From: Candidatus Latescibacterota bacterium
GTDB taxonomy: Bacteria > Latescibacterota > UBA2968
Length of the DNA: 64,000 bases
Direction of reading: 5' to 3'
NCBI GenBank assembly: GCA_965198115.1
Contig: OZ240241.1
Location: 3,648,001 to 3,712,000, forward strand
The notes under the pieces are model-generated. The model saw only the letters and a list, made by a program, of their open reading frames with translations. It did no database searches and had not been told where the DNA came from. A program made the position numbers and the translations under genes. Shown here piece after piece: positions 1-9,942 of this stretch; the first letter of the stretch is position 1; each line of letters opens with the position of its first letter.

Positions 1-2
1 TC

Positions 3-937
3 CCGTGCACCGCTCCTGTCCAGGTAATCCTCGAACGTCTCCGTGGAATGGATCAGACGATCGACGAATTGCGCCAGCTCGTCGACATCTCTCTCGACAT
101 CGAGCCATTCCCGCAGGTGCACCTCATCGGAAAAGTAACAACCAGCCATATTCCCGGGATAGGATCCATAAGGGACTTCGCATACGGCGTCTACGCAAAC
201 CGACGGGATGATCGTTTCGTGGGGACTCCGCCTGATTTCATCATTCGTGACGACACGTTCGGTCGTCAGGATGACGCGTTTAGCCGCCCGTGCAAGATCG
301 GCGTCGGCCACGGAGATACCCTCGATCCGAGCGTTCCCCAGCGCATCGCACGCGTGTACGTGGATGAAAGCCACGTCAGGATACAGGGCGGGTACCGCGG
401 CCAGACGATGTCCCGTGAAGGGGCACTCGACGGTCTTGGCCGCGCTGCGCAGATACGTGTCCGTACCCTGTGTGCTCCGCATAGGCAAGAACGGAACGCC
501 CGTCGCGGCAGCGCGGAGTCGCACGGCCAGAGCATAGTTAGACCACTCACAGACCTCGACATCCCCGCTTTGCATCACACGTCGGGCCTGGGGCGACAGA
601 CCGCGCACCTCCACCCCCACGATGTAGGCGGCATCCACCCGTTCCAGGACCAGACCACGCAGATGCCCTGCGCAGAGAATTTCGAAATCGTGCGTGGTCG
701 TATGCCCCGCGAAACCCAGACCCCGACGCTCCTGACGGACGACCTCGTGCAAGAGAGCGGTCGCAATGCGGTTCGTTCCGAACCCGCCGGAGGCAAGATA
801 GTCGCCGTCCTTCACGAAGGCTTCGATCGCCTCCCGGACGGACATCACCTTCTCTGTCAGCGCGACTCGTTTCGTCCTGAAAAAAGCGCGTGCCCGGTCA
901 GGGTCGGGATCGGTGAAAAGCGATCCCAGCCCGGCGC

Positions 938-941
<4 letters not shown>
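3..941 (-). CDS. CoA-transferase subunit A (glutaconate CoA-transferase alpha-like), runs off window end
   Basis: Absent from the ORF track because no stop lies in the window. Manual translation from GTG 941: MSAGLGSLFTDPDP..EKVMSVREAIEAFVKDGDYLASGGFG..EWSNYALAVRLRAAATGVPFLP..PDVAFIHVHACDALGNARI..VDAVCEVPYGSYP. Start overlaps the SDR stop. Confidence 0.85.
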
Positions 942-1724
<783 letters not shown>

Positions 1725-1742
1725 CCACAACCCAGTTCGATC

Positions 1743-1771
1743 TTGACAGAAAAATGCAGTTTGCGTATGTT
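1743..1771 (+). promoter_or_regulatory. Sigma70-like promoter for tRNA-Thr
   Basis: TTGACA-N17-TATGTT upstream of the tRNA. Confidence 0.6.
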
Positions 1772-1817
1772 TATTAAGCTTTGGAAGCCGTATAAAGGGT
1801 TGAAAATACAGGATTAA

Positions 1818-1893
1818 GCCACCCTAGCTCAGCTGGTAGAGCAACGCACTCGTAATGCGTAGGTCGGCGGTTCGATCCCGCTGGGTGGCCCCA
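1818..1893 (+). tRNA. tRNA-Thr(CGT)
   Basis: GCCACCC/GGGTGGC acceptor stem, ACGCA-CT-CGT-AA-TGCGT anticodon arm, GGTTCGATCC T arm, encoded CCA. Confidence 0.97.
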
Positions 1894-1898
1894 TATGT

Positions 1899-1931
1899 AA
1901 AGGGCTTGTGCCGCACCGGCACAAGCCCTTT
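1899..1931. terminator. Hairpin terminator between tRNA-Thr and convergent transaldolase
   Basis: aaagggcttgtgccg-cac-cggcacaagcccttt perfect inverted repeat. Confidence 0.7.
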
Positions 1932-2144
1932 GTGCTTACTCTCGCCTCACGGACGACTGATCGAGTCCCAGCCAAACCTTTACCACGACCCACGAGACCT
2001 TTCACTCTCAGTGGCCTCCGTGTCCTCAGTGGCGCCTTTCGTATCCCACACCACGCCTGGCTACGACAACCTTTCCTCCCCGAATAGGGCCTGGGATCCC
2101 TCCACGACTCACTCCGTGATTCTCCGTGTCCTCCGCGGTCAGCT

Positions 2145-2816
2145 CTATGCGAGCACCTTCCCGTCTGCCTGCTTGGCCTCCCAGGCCCGCCAATCCGCCA
2201 GGAACCGCTCCAACCCGATATCCGTAAGCGGGTGGGCGAGCATCTTCTGAAGGACGTCGGGCGGCAGGGTCACGACGTCGGCTCCCGCGAGCGCGCACTC
2301 CACGACGTGCTTCGGTGACCGTAGGCTGGCGCCCAGAATCTCCGTTTCGTAGCCGTAGTTGTCGTAGATCTGACGAATCGTGCTGATCAACTCCATTCCG
2401 TCGTGCGCGATGTCGTCCAGCCGACCGATGAACGGACTGATGTAGGTCGCCCCCGCCTTCGCAGCGAGGTAGGCCTGGTTGGGAGAAAAGCAGAGCGTCA
2501 CATTCGTTCTGATCCCCTCATCGGTGCACGCCTTGATCGCCTTCAATCCTTCCGGAATGATCGGGATCTTGATCACGACATTGTCCGCCAACCCCGCGTT
2601 GTGCCGTGCCTCTTCCATCATTCCTATGAAGTCTGTGGCCACGACCTCCGCACTGACCGGGCCGTCCACCTCGGCGCAGATCTGCCGGATGATGTCGTCG
2701 AACGACCCTGACTCCTTCGAGATGTGCGACGGATTCGTCGTCACCCCGTCAAGAATGCCCATGTCATTCGCTTCCCGAATGGCATCCATATCCGCCGTAT
2801 CCACAAAAATCTTCAT
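2145..2816 (-). CDS. fsa: Transaldolase / fructose-6-phosphate aldolase family
   Basis: [38 protein letters not shown]. Confidence 0.93.
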   Translation of the reverse strand: MKIFVDTADMDAIREANDMGILDGVTTNPSHISKESGSFDDIIRQICAEVDGPVSAEVVATDFIGMMEEARHNAGLADNVVIKIPIIPEGLKAIKACTDEGIRTNVTLCFSPNQAYLAAKAGATYISPFIGRLDDIAHDGMELISTIRQIYDNYGYETEILGASLRSPKHVVECALAGADVVTLPPDVLQKMLAHPLTDIGLERFLADWRAWEAKQADGKVLA

Positions 2817-2950
2817 CGATGAACTCCTCTCCTGGCTTCTCCGCTCTCGAAGTGTAGTGTGATCTTGTGTAGCTCGGCCTGGCGACTGAAGTGCCGGATC
2901 GGGCGTAAGCCCGTCGATCCTTCGCGCCTAGGTTCTTCGCGGCTTCGTGT

Positions 2951-3994
2951 TTAGAATACTCTTTCAACCAGAAAGGAACACATCTCGCGCAGGGTTTCCC
3001 GCGCATCTGTCTCGGGCAATCGATCCAGATACGCTTCCGCCGCCTCCGCCCGAACCTGGCATTCCTCCTGCGCCCTATCCATCGCACCCGACGCCGACAT
3101 CAGCTCGATGGCCCACTCGATGTCGACTGCCGACGTTCCGTCCCGGTCTCCATCGAGGATATCGCGCAGCTGCCGAGCATCGGCTTCAGATGAAGCGTTG
3201 AGCGAATCGATCACCATCAGGGTACGCTTCCCCTCGGCAATGTCACCACCCCGTTCCTTTCCGTAGCCACCTGCCGTGCCCGTCGGAGCTTCGACCGCGT
3301 CGTCCGTGGCGACCGTCAGGTTGAGAAGGTCATCTCGGATCTGGAAAGCTACCGCCATCCGCTCTCCGAATTCGCCCAGTGCCTCTCGCTCGTGGTCTGA
3401 AGCATTTCCGATGATGGCACCCGCCGTACAGGGACCACGACCACTATACCACCCCGTCTTCAACCGTAGCATCTCCAAAAAAGCACCGACGGTCGGAATC
3501 TCCGCCGCCTCGATCCAACCGATGTCGTAGGCTTGCCCCTCGAACGTACACCGGGCGCCCACGACCATCATCTCCAACAATTCGAAGGTCCTCGCATCGC
3601 CGAGACGATCGCGGTTGGCCACGAGGATTTCGAACATCTTCGAGTAGAGGGCGTCGCCCACGTTGATGGCCAGGGGCGTTCCGTGAAGGTGGTGGAGACA
3701 CGGCTTCCCCCGTCGCATTTCCGAGCCATCCTCGATGTCGTCGTGTACGAGGGCGAAGGACTGGAACATCTCGAAAGCCGCAGCCGTCAGAAGAGCCTCG
3801 TCCGGGCTGCCGCCGACGGCTTCGCAAGCCAGAAGCACCAGGACCGAGCGGAATCGCTTCCCTCCTCGAAGCGGGTAATCCCTCATCGGTCCATACAGAA
3901 ATCGAAGCGGCTCGTCCTCCGGCAAAAAAGCGAACAGCTCTTCGTCGATCTGTGGAACGCTGTCCTCGATGTAGGCGCGAAGTCGTTCCCTCAC
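2951..3994 (-). CDS. Polyprenyl diphosphate synthase (IdsA/GGPPS-like)
   Basis: GGKRFR, LVHDDIEDGSEMRRGKP, FQIRDD, GDIAEGKRT. Confidence 0.92.
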   Translation of the reverse strand: MRERLRAYIEDSVPQIDEELFAFLPEDEPLRFLYGPMRDYPLRGGKRFRSVLVLLACEAVGGSPDEALLTAAAFEMFQSFALVHDDIEDGSEMRRGKPCLHHLHGTPLAINVGDALYSKMFEILVANRDRLGDARTFELLEMMVVGARCTFEGQAYDIGWIEAAEIPTVGAFLEMLRLKTGWYSGRGPCTAGAIIGNASDHEREALGEFGERMAVAFQIRDDLLNLTVATDDAVEAPTGTAGGYGKERGGDIAEGKRTLMVIDSLNASSEADARQLRDILDGDRDGTSAVDIEWAIELMSASGAMDRAQEECQVRAEAAEAYLDRLPETDARETLREMCSFLVERVF

Positions 3995-6453
3995 TCTCCG
4001 AAGCTCCTCACCTTTCGCCGGATCTTCGCCTCGACGTTCGTCGGCAGTGGCTTGACCGGGATCGGGGATGCGGCAATCATCGACTCTGCGTCCACACCAG
4101 CTGCTACATTCGCTGGCCTGTCTGCCGGCCTCGGCATTTTTGGCGTATAGGGCTCCTTTTCGAGCAAGGCGTGGAGCAGCACGAGCGCAGCCTCCTTGTC
4201 CGGAATCGTCTCCCGCGTTCCGTCACCACCCAGTTCGGGGGACGCAGGCGCTCCGACACAGGACGGGCAGCCCTCCGCGCACCCGCATTCCGACACGACC
4301 ATCCAGCACGCAGAGACGACTTCCTCCATCATCTCGTAGATCTTTTCCGAAAATCCAATCCCTCCCGGGTGACGGTCGTAGAGGAACAGCGTGGGGCTCC
4401 CCGTGTTCGAACTGTCGATCGTCGTACCGATGTTCGATGGATCGCACATCGCGAACAACGGGGCGACCTCCGCAATCACGTTGGCGATCCCCTTCAGCCC
4501 TTCCGTCGGCACACGCCCGTGCGTGCGACAGAGACGCAGTGCGTCGCGGGGCGGGATCAGCCAGCACCCCATCGTGTCGAGCTTGATCTCGGGCAGGTCG
4601 AGATTCTCCCACCCGATACTGTCGCGGTCCTCGAATTTGACCTTTTTGAACATCATCACCAGCGTCGTCACGGACACATCGCCGAAGCAGGTCTGACTCA
4701 CCCGCCACGGTTGCTCGCATTCCGTTTCGTTCACTTTGATCGCCGTCTCGTCCACCGCCTGGGTATAGTAATCGAGCCCCTGCTGACTCACGTTCGCGAT
4801 CTTGCGATCCACGTCGAGCTTGTCGACAAAGTAAGTCTGGGCGTTGTGCATGTAGACGGCGTGCGTGTGGAGCTGGAAATACGAGCTCACTTCGTCCAGG
4901 GTTCCGATCACCTGCGGACCCTCGGTCGTGTCCTCGATGATCGTATACACTTTGTCGTTCATGTTGCGTAGACTGACATCAGCAGCCGGGTAACCGGATT
5001 GATTGTAGTACCAGCGCCCGTCAATCTGCCTTGCCTGGAGTTCTTCCTCCAAAATCTCGAGCAGGGCGCCCGTGAATTCGCCGAACAGCTCTCCCTCGTC
5101 GGGACGAACCGGCAGTTCCCTCAGAGCGCATCGCAAGTGACCGATCGCGATATGAGGATTGTGTGGGTCGATCGTCGCGTGCTCGGGCGACTGCTCGAAG
5201 AAATAGTCGGGGGTTCGCATCAGGAACTGGTCAATCGGCGCATTCTGCCCGATGTAGACCACGAAGGATTCGTCCGAGCTGCGCCCTGCCCTGCCGGCCT
5301 GTTGCCACATACTCGCGATAGTGCCGGGGTAACCCACAATAAGGGACGCGTCGAGGCCACCGATGTCGATGCCCAGCTCCAGGGCGTTCGTGCTGACCAC
5401 GCCGAGCAGTTCCCCGTCGAAAAGCTGCCGCTCGATCTCTCGCCGTTCCGTTGGAAGGTAGCCGCCTCGATACGCACGGATGGCGTTGGCCAGCTTCGGA
5501 CTTACGCGCGAAAGGTCGTCCTGGCAGTATCGGTAAATGACTTCGGCCGTCGTCCGCGCCCTCACGAAGGCGATCGTCTGAATACGGCCCTGAATCAGCT
5601 GAGTCATCAACGATTGGGCTTCCGTATTCGGACTGCGTCGGTCGGTCGTGCTGCCTTCTAGAAAAGGAGGATTCCAGAAGACGAACCGACGCTTGCCTTT
5701 CGGCGACCCGTCGTCGTCGACGAGCGTCATCGACTGTCCGATGAGTCCCTCGGCGTGGTCCTTCGGGTTCGCGATCGTGGCCGAACTGCAGATAAACCGG
5801 GGTGACGCATCGTAATGCTGGCAGATCCGCGTCAATCGACGAATCACGTTCCCCACGTGGGACCCGAAGATACCTCGATAGGCGTGAACCTCGTCGATGA
5901 CCACGGTACGGAGGTTTTGGAAGAACCGCCCCCAGCGAGGGTGATTGGGCAGGATACCCGTGTGCAGCATGTCCGGATTCGTGAGGATCACACGGCCTTC
6001 TTCACGCAGCTTCCGCCGCAGGTCGGGTGGCGTGTCACCGTCGTAGGTACCCGAAACCGTCGTCAGGTTCTCGCGATGTTCACCAAAACGGGCGAACCCC
6101 CGAGCCTGGTCTTGCGCAAGAGCCTTTGTCGGGAACAGATAAAGGGCGGTCGCTTCGGGCGACGCAATCAGGGTCTCGAACGTCGGTACCTGATAGCAAA
6201 GGGTCTTCCCGCTGGCCGTCGACGTCACGACCACCACGTGCTCGCCACGGCGTGCCGCGTTGATGGCCTGCGCCTGGTGTGTGTAGAGCCGCTCGATGCC
6301 CTCTGCCTCGAGCGCGCCCTCGATAGAGGCATTCAGAGGCGAGTCCAGATCGGCAAAACGGGCTTCGCGTGGCTCGATCTGTTCTACGTGGGCAACCTGC
6401 CCGGCGTAGTCGTAGCCGCTTCGGATCTGCTGAAGAAACTTGCCGAAATCCAT
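3991..6453 (-). CDS. DEAH-box helicase with C-terminal DUF1998 (MrfA/Hrq1-like)
   Basis: TASGKT, PTKALAQDQ, DEVH, SATIAN, QQAGRAGR, MCD..CGCAEGCPSC. Start set at MDFGK. Confidence 0.92.
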   Translation of the reverse strand: MDFGKFLQQIRSGYDYAGQVAHVEQIEPREARFADLDSPLNASIEGALEAEGIERLYTHQAQAINAARRGEHVVVVTSTASGKTLCYQVPTFETLIASPEATALYLFPTKALAQDQARGFARFGEHRENLTTVSGTYDGDTPPDLRRKLREEGRVILTNPDMLHTGILPNHPRWGRFFQNLRTVVIDEVHAYRGIFGSHVGNVIRRLTRICQHYDASPRFICSSATIANPKDHAEGLIGQSMTLVDDDGSPKGKRRFVFWNPPFLEGSTTDRRSPNTEAQSLMTQLIQGRIQTIAFVRARTTAEVIYRYCQDDLSRVSPKLANAIRAYRGGYLPTERREIERQLFDGELLGVVSTNALELGIDIGGLDASLIVGYPGTIASMWQQAGRAGRSSDESFVVYIGQNAPIDQFLMRTPDYFFEQSPEHATIDPHNPHIAIGHLRCALRELPVRPDEGELFGEFTGALLEILEEELQARQIDGRWYYNQSGYPAADVSLRNMNDKVYTIIEDTTEGPQVIGTLDEVSSYFQLHTHAVYMHNAQTYFVDKLDVDRKIANVSQQGLDYYTQAVDETAIKVNETECEQPWRVSQTCFGDVSVTTLVMMFKKVKFEDRDSIGWENLDLPEIKLDTMGCWLIPPRDALRLCRTHGRVPTEGLKGIANVIAEVAPLFAMCDPSNIGTTIDSSNTGSPTLFLYDRHPGGIGFSEKIYEMMEEVVSACWMVVSECGCAEGCPSCVGAPASPELGGDGTRETIPDKEAALVLLHALLEKEPYTPKMPRPADRPANVAAGVDAESMIAASPIPVKPLPTNVEAKIRRKVRSFGE

Positions 6454-6613
6454 CGAGCGCCAAACGGAGAGGGTGATGAGAACTGCGAAAAACCCGGGAG
6501 AGGTACCGGCCTGAAGGAGAGGATACGCGCCAGTGTTGCTGAATATAGCGGGGCTGCTCAGACCGGTCAACCGCGATGTCCGTCTCTCGCATCGACGACG
6601 CGAACGGACTGCC

Positions 6614-7549
6614 TCATTCGGGACCCGGGAGCTGCTCGTAGGCGCGAAACACCACGTCGAGATCTCGCCGTGCTTTGTCATAGCCCGAGCGGGTCGGCCC
6701 TCCGTCCAAAAAAGCCAGAAATTCGTCCATCATCGCGCCATAGCCGAGCAGATCGCCGAGTCCGGGCACGGAAAAGGCGCGTCCTCGCCCGGAGAGACTC
6801 GCATAGATGCCGTTGCTCTCGAACACGATCCTGCCTGCATCCCCAACGATCTCAGAATGCTGAAACGTCCCTTTCGTCAGGGAAGGTGTGTCCCACCCGT
6901 AATCGACCTCCCCGATGATTCCATTCTCGAATTCGACCTTCAGAACCGCGTGACGCTCCGGATCGTCTGCGCGATACCCCGGAAAGCGAGCGCGAACGTC
7001 AACGACCTCCGCATCGGCGAGTGCGGTGAGCAACGCCACGAAGTGGATGCCGCCCTCGATCAAGGCACCGTAACAGGCCCGCCAACCAGACCCTTCTTGC
7101 ATCGTACACTTCCTCAGCCGAATGCCGGTCACCCTACCTACCTCACCCGCATCGATCCACGCCCGAAGCTTCGCGAGCGAAGGCTTGAACACATAGTTCT
7201 CCGCCACCATCAGACGCGCAGTCGGTGCGGTGTCAATGGCTTGCAGCTCTGCCCGTTCCAGGCACATCGGCTTCTCGACGAGAACGGTTTTCCCCGCTTC
7301 AAGAGCCGCGATGACCTGCTCCGCGTGGACATCGGGCGGCGATGTGATCACCACCGCCTCGACCGCGGGATCGCGAATGACCGAATCATACGTGTCGTAA
7401 GTCCCTTCTCCTCCGGCCTGTGAGTTCATCGCTTCGGCGCTATCGGGCGATCGACTGTGGAACACCGCGCGCACTCGACCCCGCAACCGTTTCACGTGGG
7501 ACGCGCAGATCGCCCCACACCCCACGAAACAGACGAGCGAGTCAGCCAC
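6614..7549 (-). CDS. Gfo/Idh/MocA family oxidoreductase
   Basis: VGCGAI, AGKTVLVEKPM, GALIEGGIH. Confidence 0.88.
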   Translation of the reverse strand: MADSLVCFVGCGAICASHVKRLRGRVRAVFHSRSPDSAEAMNSQAGGEGTYDTYDSVIRDPAVEAVVITSPPDVHAEQVIAALEAGKTVLVEKPMCLERAELQAIDTAPTARLMVAENYVFKPSLAKLRAWIDAGEVGRVTGIRLRKCTMQEGSGWRACYGALIEGGIHFVALLTALADAEVVDVRARFPGYRADDPERHAVLKVEFENGIIGEVDYGWDTPSLTKGTFQHSEIVGDAGRIVFESNGIYASLSGRGRAFSVPGLGDLLGYGAMMDEFLAFLDGGPTRSGYDKARRDLDVVFRAYEQLPGPE

Positions 7550-9035
7550 GTACGATGCCCTCCCCGATCCTCAGAGCGTTGGCGGCGATCGTCAAGCTCG
7601 GGTTGACACCCGCTGACGTAGGAAACGCGCTGCCGTCGCTCACGTAGACGTTCTCCGCCTCCCTGAGATGCCCAGCACGATCCACCGGCCCTGCCTCTGG
7701 ATCGTCCGACATGTGGAGTGTCCCCAGCGCGTGGGAGAACGTATCGAGTCGATAGCGATACGGAAATCGTCCGCCAGCAGCTTTCAAAATCGCAGCGGCG
7801 TGATCCGCTAACAGCCGGTTGCGAGCGTAGTCGGCCGATGTGTAATCGTGGGTCACGCGTATCGTGGGGAAGCCATCGGAATCGACCCGATCGACCAGGG
7901 TCATCCTGTTGTCGCTCTGCGGCTCATCCTCGGCGACACAGAGGAGATTTTGCAGACGTCGATGCGTCAAGTCGAGGAGGCATCGCCCCCACCACGGTGC
8001 GTGGCGCTTCATCACTTCTGCCGACGGGGTGTAAATATCCTGAATCACGCCCCCGGCCGTCCCGTCCTTTTCCCGGAACGCTTCGTAGAAATCGGTTAGG
8101 CAGACTTGCTTATGGAACGTCTCATCTGGATTCGTCTGAAACGGGAAGAGGCACGTGACGATCGTGTTGCAATGCCGCATCAGATACCGCCCGACGGCCG
8201 GGTGGGAGCCCAGCCCCGACCGCATCAGAAGAGCCGGCGACTCGATCGCGCCCGCCGCAACGACGACGATGTCGGCTGACACTTCGACACGTGCCGATGT
8301 GGCCCGATCGACGCAGACGAGACCGGTCGCGTGCGGCCCGGACCGCGAGATTTCGTGCACGCGCGTATGGGCGAGGACGGTCAGCCCCGCCTCGACGGCT
8401 CGTCGCAGAAAGGTGCGCGTCACATCGTTCTTCGCTTCGAGCTTGCACGGAAACCCGTCACACGTCGTGCAGCGGATGCAACGGGGTTCCCGCTCATCCG
8501 TAAAATTGATGGCCAGCGGCAGCGGAAACGGACGATGTCCCAAAGATCTCGCTGCTTCCGCGATACGTTCGGCGGGCGCCGTGTAGTCGATGGAGCCGAA
8601 CGGATAGGGCGCCCGGCGAGGCGGTTCGAACGGATCGGCGCCGGCAGTTCCGTGCACACCCAGAATGGCTTCTGCCTCGTCGTAACGAGGCGACAGGTCC
8701 TCGTAGTCGATCGGCCAGCGTGCGAAATCCGTCTCCCGCAACCTCAGGGCGGCGCCACCGTAGAACACCGAGTTCCCCCCCACCACGGCATTCGCGTGTT
8801 CTACACGCGTAGCACCGTCCCCATAGAGCACAGATTCGTAACCGGACTCCGAACGGTATCGCTGATCGAGCAGAATCCGACGCGGCGACCAGTCGTCGTC
8901 ATCGCGAGCGGGCCATCCACCGCGCTCGATCACCACCGTGCGTAACCCCGCCTTGACGCAGGCGTAGGCTGTTGCCGCGCCGCCAAAACCGGACCCGACC
9001 ACGGCTACGTCAAAGGAGTTCGATCTCGTAGACAT
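7542..9035 (-). CDS. GMC family oxidoreductase
   Basis: VVGSGFGG, VGGNSVFY, CIRCTTCDGFPC, AAGAIESP, HALGT, GVNPSLTIAANALR. Confidence 0.9.
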   Translation of the reverse strand: MSTRSNSFDVAVVGSGFGGAATAYACVKAGLRTVVIERGGWPARDDDDWSPRRILLDQRYRSESGYESVLYGDGATRVEHANAVVGGNSVFYGGAALRLRETDFARWPIDYEDLSPRYDEAEAILGVHGTAGADPFEPPRRAPYPFGSIDYTAPAERIAEAARSLGHRPFPLPLAINFTDEREPRCIRCTTCDGFPCKLEAKNDVTRTFLRRAVEAGLTVLAHTRVHEISRSGPHATGLVCVDRATSARVEVSADIVVVAAGAIESPALLMRSGLGSHPAVGRYLMRHCNTIVTCLFPFQTNPDETFHKQVCLTDFYEAFREKDGTAGGVIQDIYTPSAEVMKRHAPWWGRCLLDLTHRRLQNLLCVAEDEPQSDNRMTLVDRVDSDGFPTIRVTHDYTSADYARNRLLADHAAAILKAAGGRFPYRYRLDTFSHALGTLHMSDDPEAGPVDRAGHLREAENVYVSDGSAFPTSAGVNPSLTIAANALRIGEGIVRG

Positions 9036-9813
9036 ACAGGACCGCGAGCGAAACGATGATTATCCACGCCGCATAGTGAAACTTTTCCCTGGCATCGATG
9101 TAGGTCTGAATCCGTTCCAGGTCGGGTCGGAATTTTCCCGACATGTTTCTCTGGATATACGTCTTGTAGTACTCCACCAGAAATCGCTCGAGCCCACCAT
9201 TCATGTAAATCAGGAAGCCCAGCGAAATAGGACGAGCGTCATCGTTGACGTAGTAAAAGAGCGGTGACGCAACCGCCACGACAACGGCGGACCGTTGAAA
9301 CTTGAACCACCTGAATCCTTCAAAAGGCGCGTCCTTGTAGGCACCGCCGAGGGATACGATCAGTCCGGATCCATAGGCCACGACAAGAAAGGTAAGGGGG
9401 CGCTCGATCGGCGTGGGAATCGTCAGGACGGCGAACACGCCGGCCACCAGGAGCAGACCGGCCCCACGCCGGATCCAGTCGTCCCCCACATACCTGCCCA
9501 GGAACGTGATCCTCGATGGAACGAAATACTTCGCCTGATCCTCCGTTCGGAAGAAGCCCTTGTAAAGCTCGGCCAGAAACCGCTCCAGACCCATCACGAG
9601 AAAAAACAGCTGGAAGAGAGCGAGTTCCCTGAACGGAGCAGCGAACGGTGGCAAGTAGTAAAGTAGGACGAAGAGAACGATGTGGAAGTAGATGCTGCGG
9701 GGAAAAGTCTTCGGTTTGAGACCTTCGTAGGGCGAATCCTTGAACGCCCCCCATAAACACGTGTAGAATCCGGAAACGATCGTCACGAACAAAGGCAGGA
9801 AGAGTGGATGCAT
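9010..9813 (-). CDS. Hypothetical membrane protein with internal two-fold repeat
   Basis: Several hydrophobic helices. GAFKDSPYEG..GLERFLAELYK is repeated as GAYKDAPFEG..GLERFLVEYYK. Confidence 0.8.
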   Translation of the reverse strand: MHPLFLPLFVTIVSGFYTCLWGAFKDSPYEGLKPKTFPRSIYFHIVLFVLLYYLPPFAAPFRELALFQLFFLVMGLERFLAELYKGFFRTEDQAKYFVPSRITFLGRYVGDDWIRRGAGLLLVAGVFAVLTIPTPIERPLTFLVVAYGSGLIVSLGGAYKDAPFEGFRWFKFQRSAVVVAVASPLFYYVNDDARPISLGFLIYMNGGLERFLVEYYKTYIQRNMSGKFRPDLERIQTYIDAREKFHYAAWIIIVSLAVLYVYEIELL

Positions 9814-9942
9814 CGATCGTCTCCCGGGGAACCCGAGAATCGTTGGAGAGCCTACGTCCGGGGCCGGTGTGGGTCAAGCCAGACAAACAAAAAAGCGGAA
9901 CGCACGAACGTTCCGCCAGTGATTCGGGATCGGATACCGCAG

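Noticed and set aside
2862-2948. GNRA-capped hairpin upstream of the transaldolase as a riboswitch
   Set aside because: No recognisable aptamer, and the tetraloop is on the non-coding strand
3991-6453. DUF1998 helicase as a DISARM/Druantia defence component
   Set aside because: Housekeeping context with no methylase or other defence genes; fits the MrfA/Hrq1 repair type
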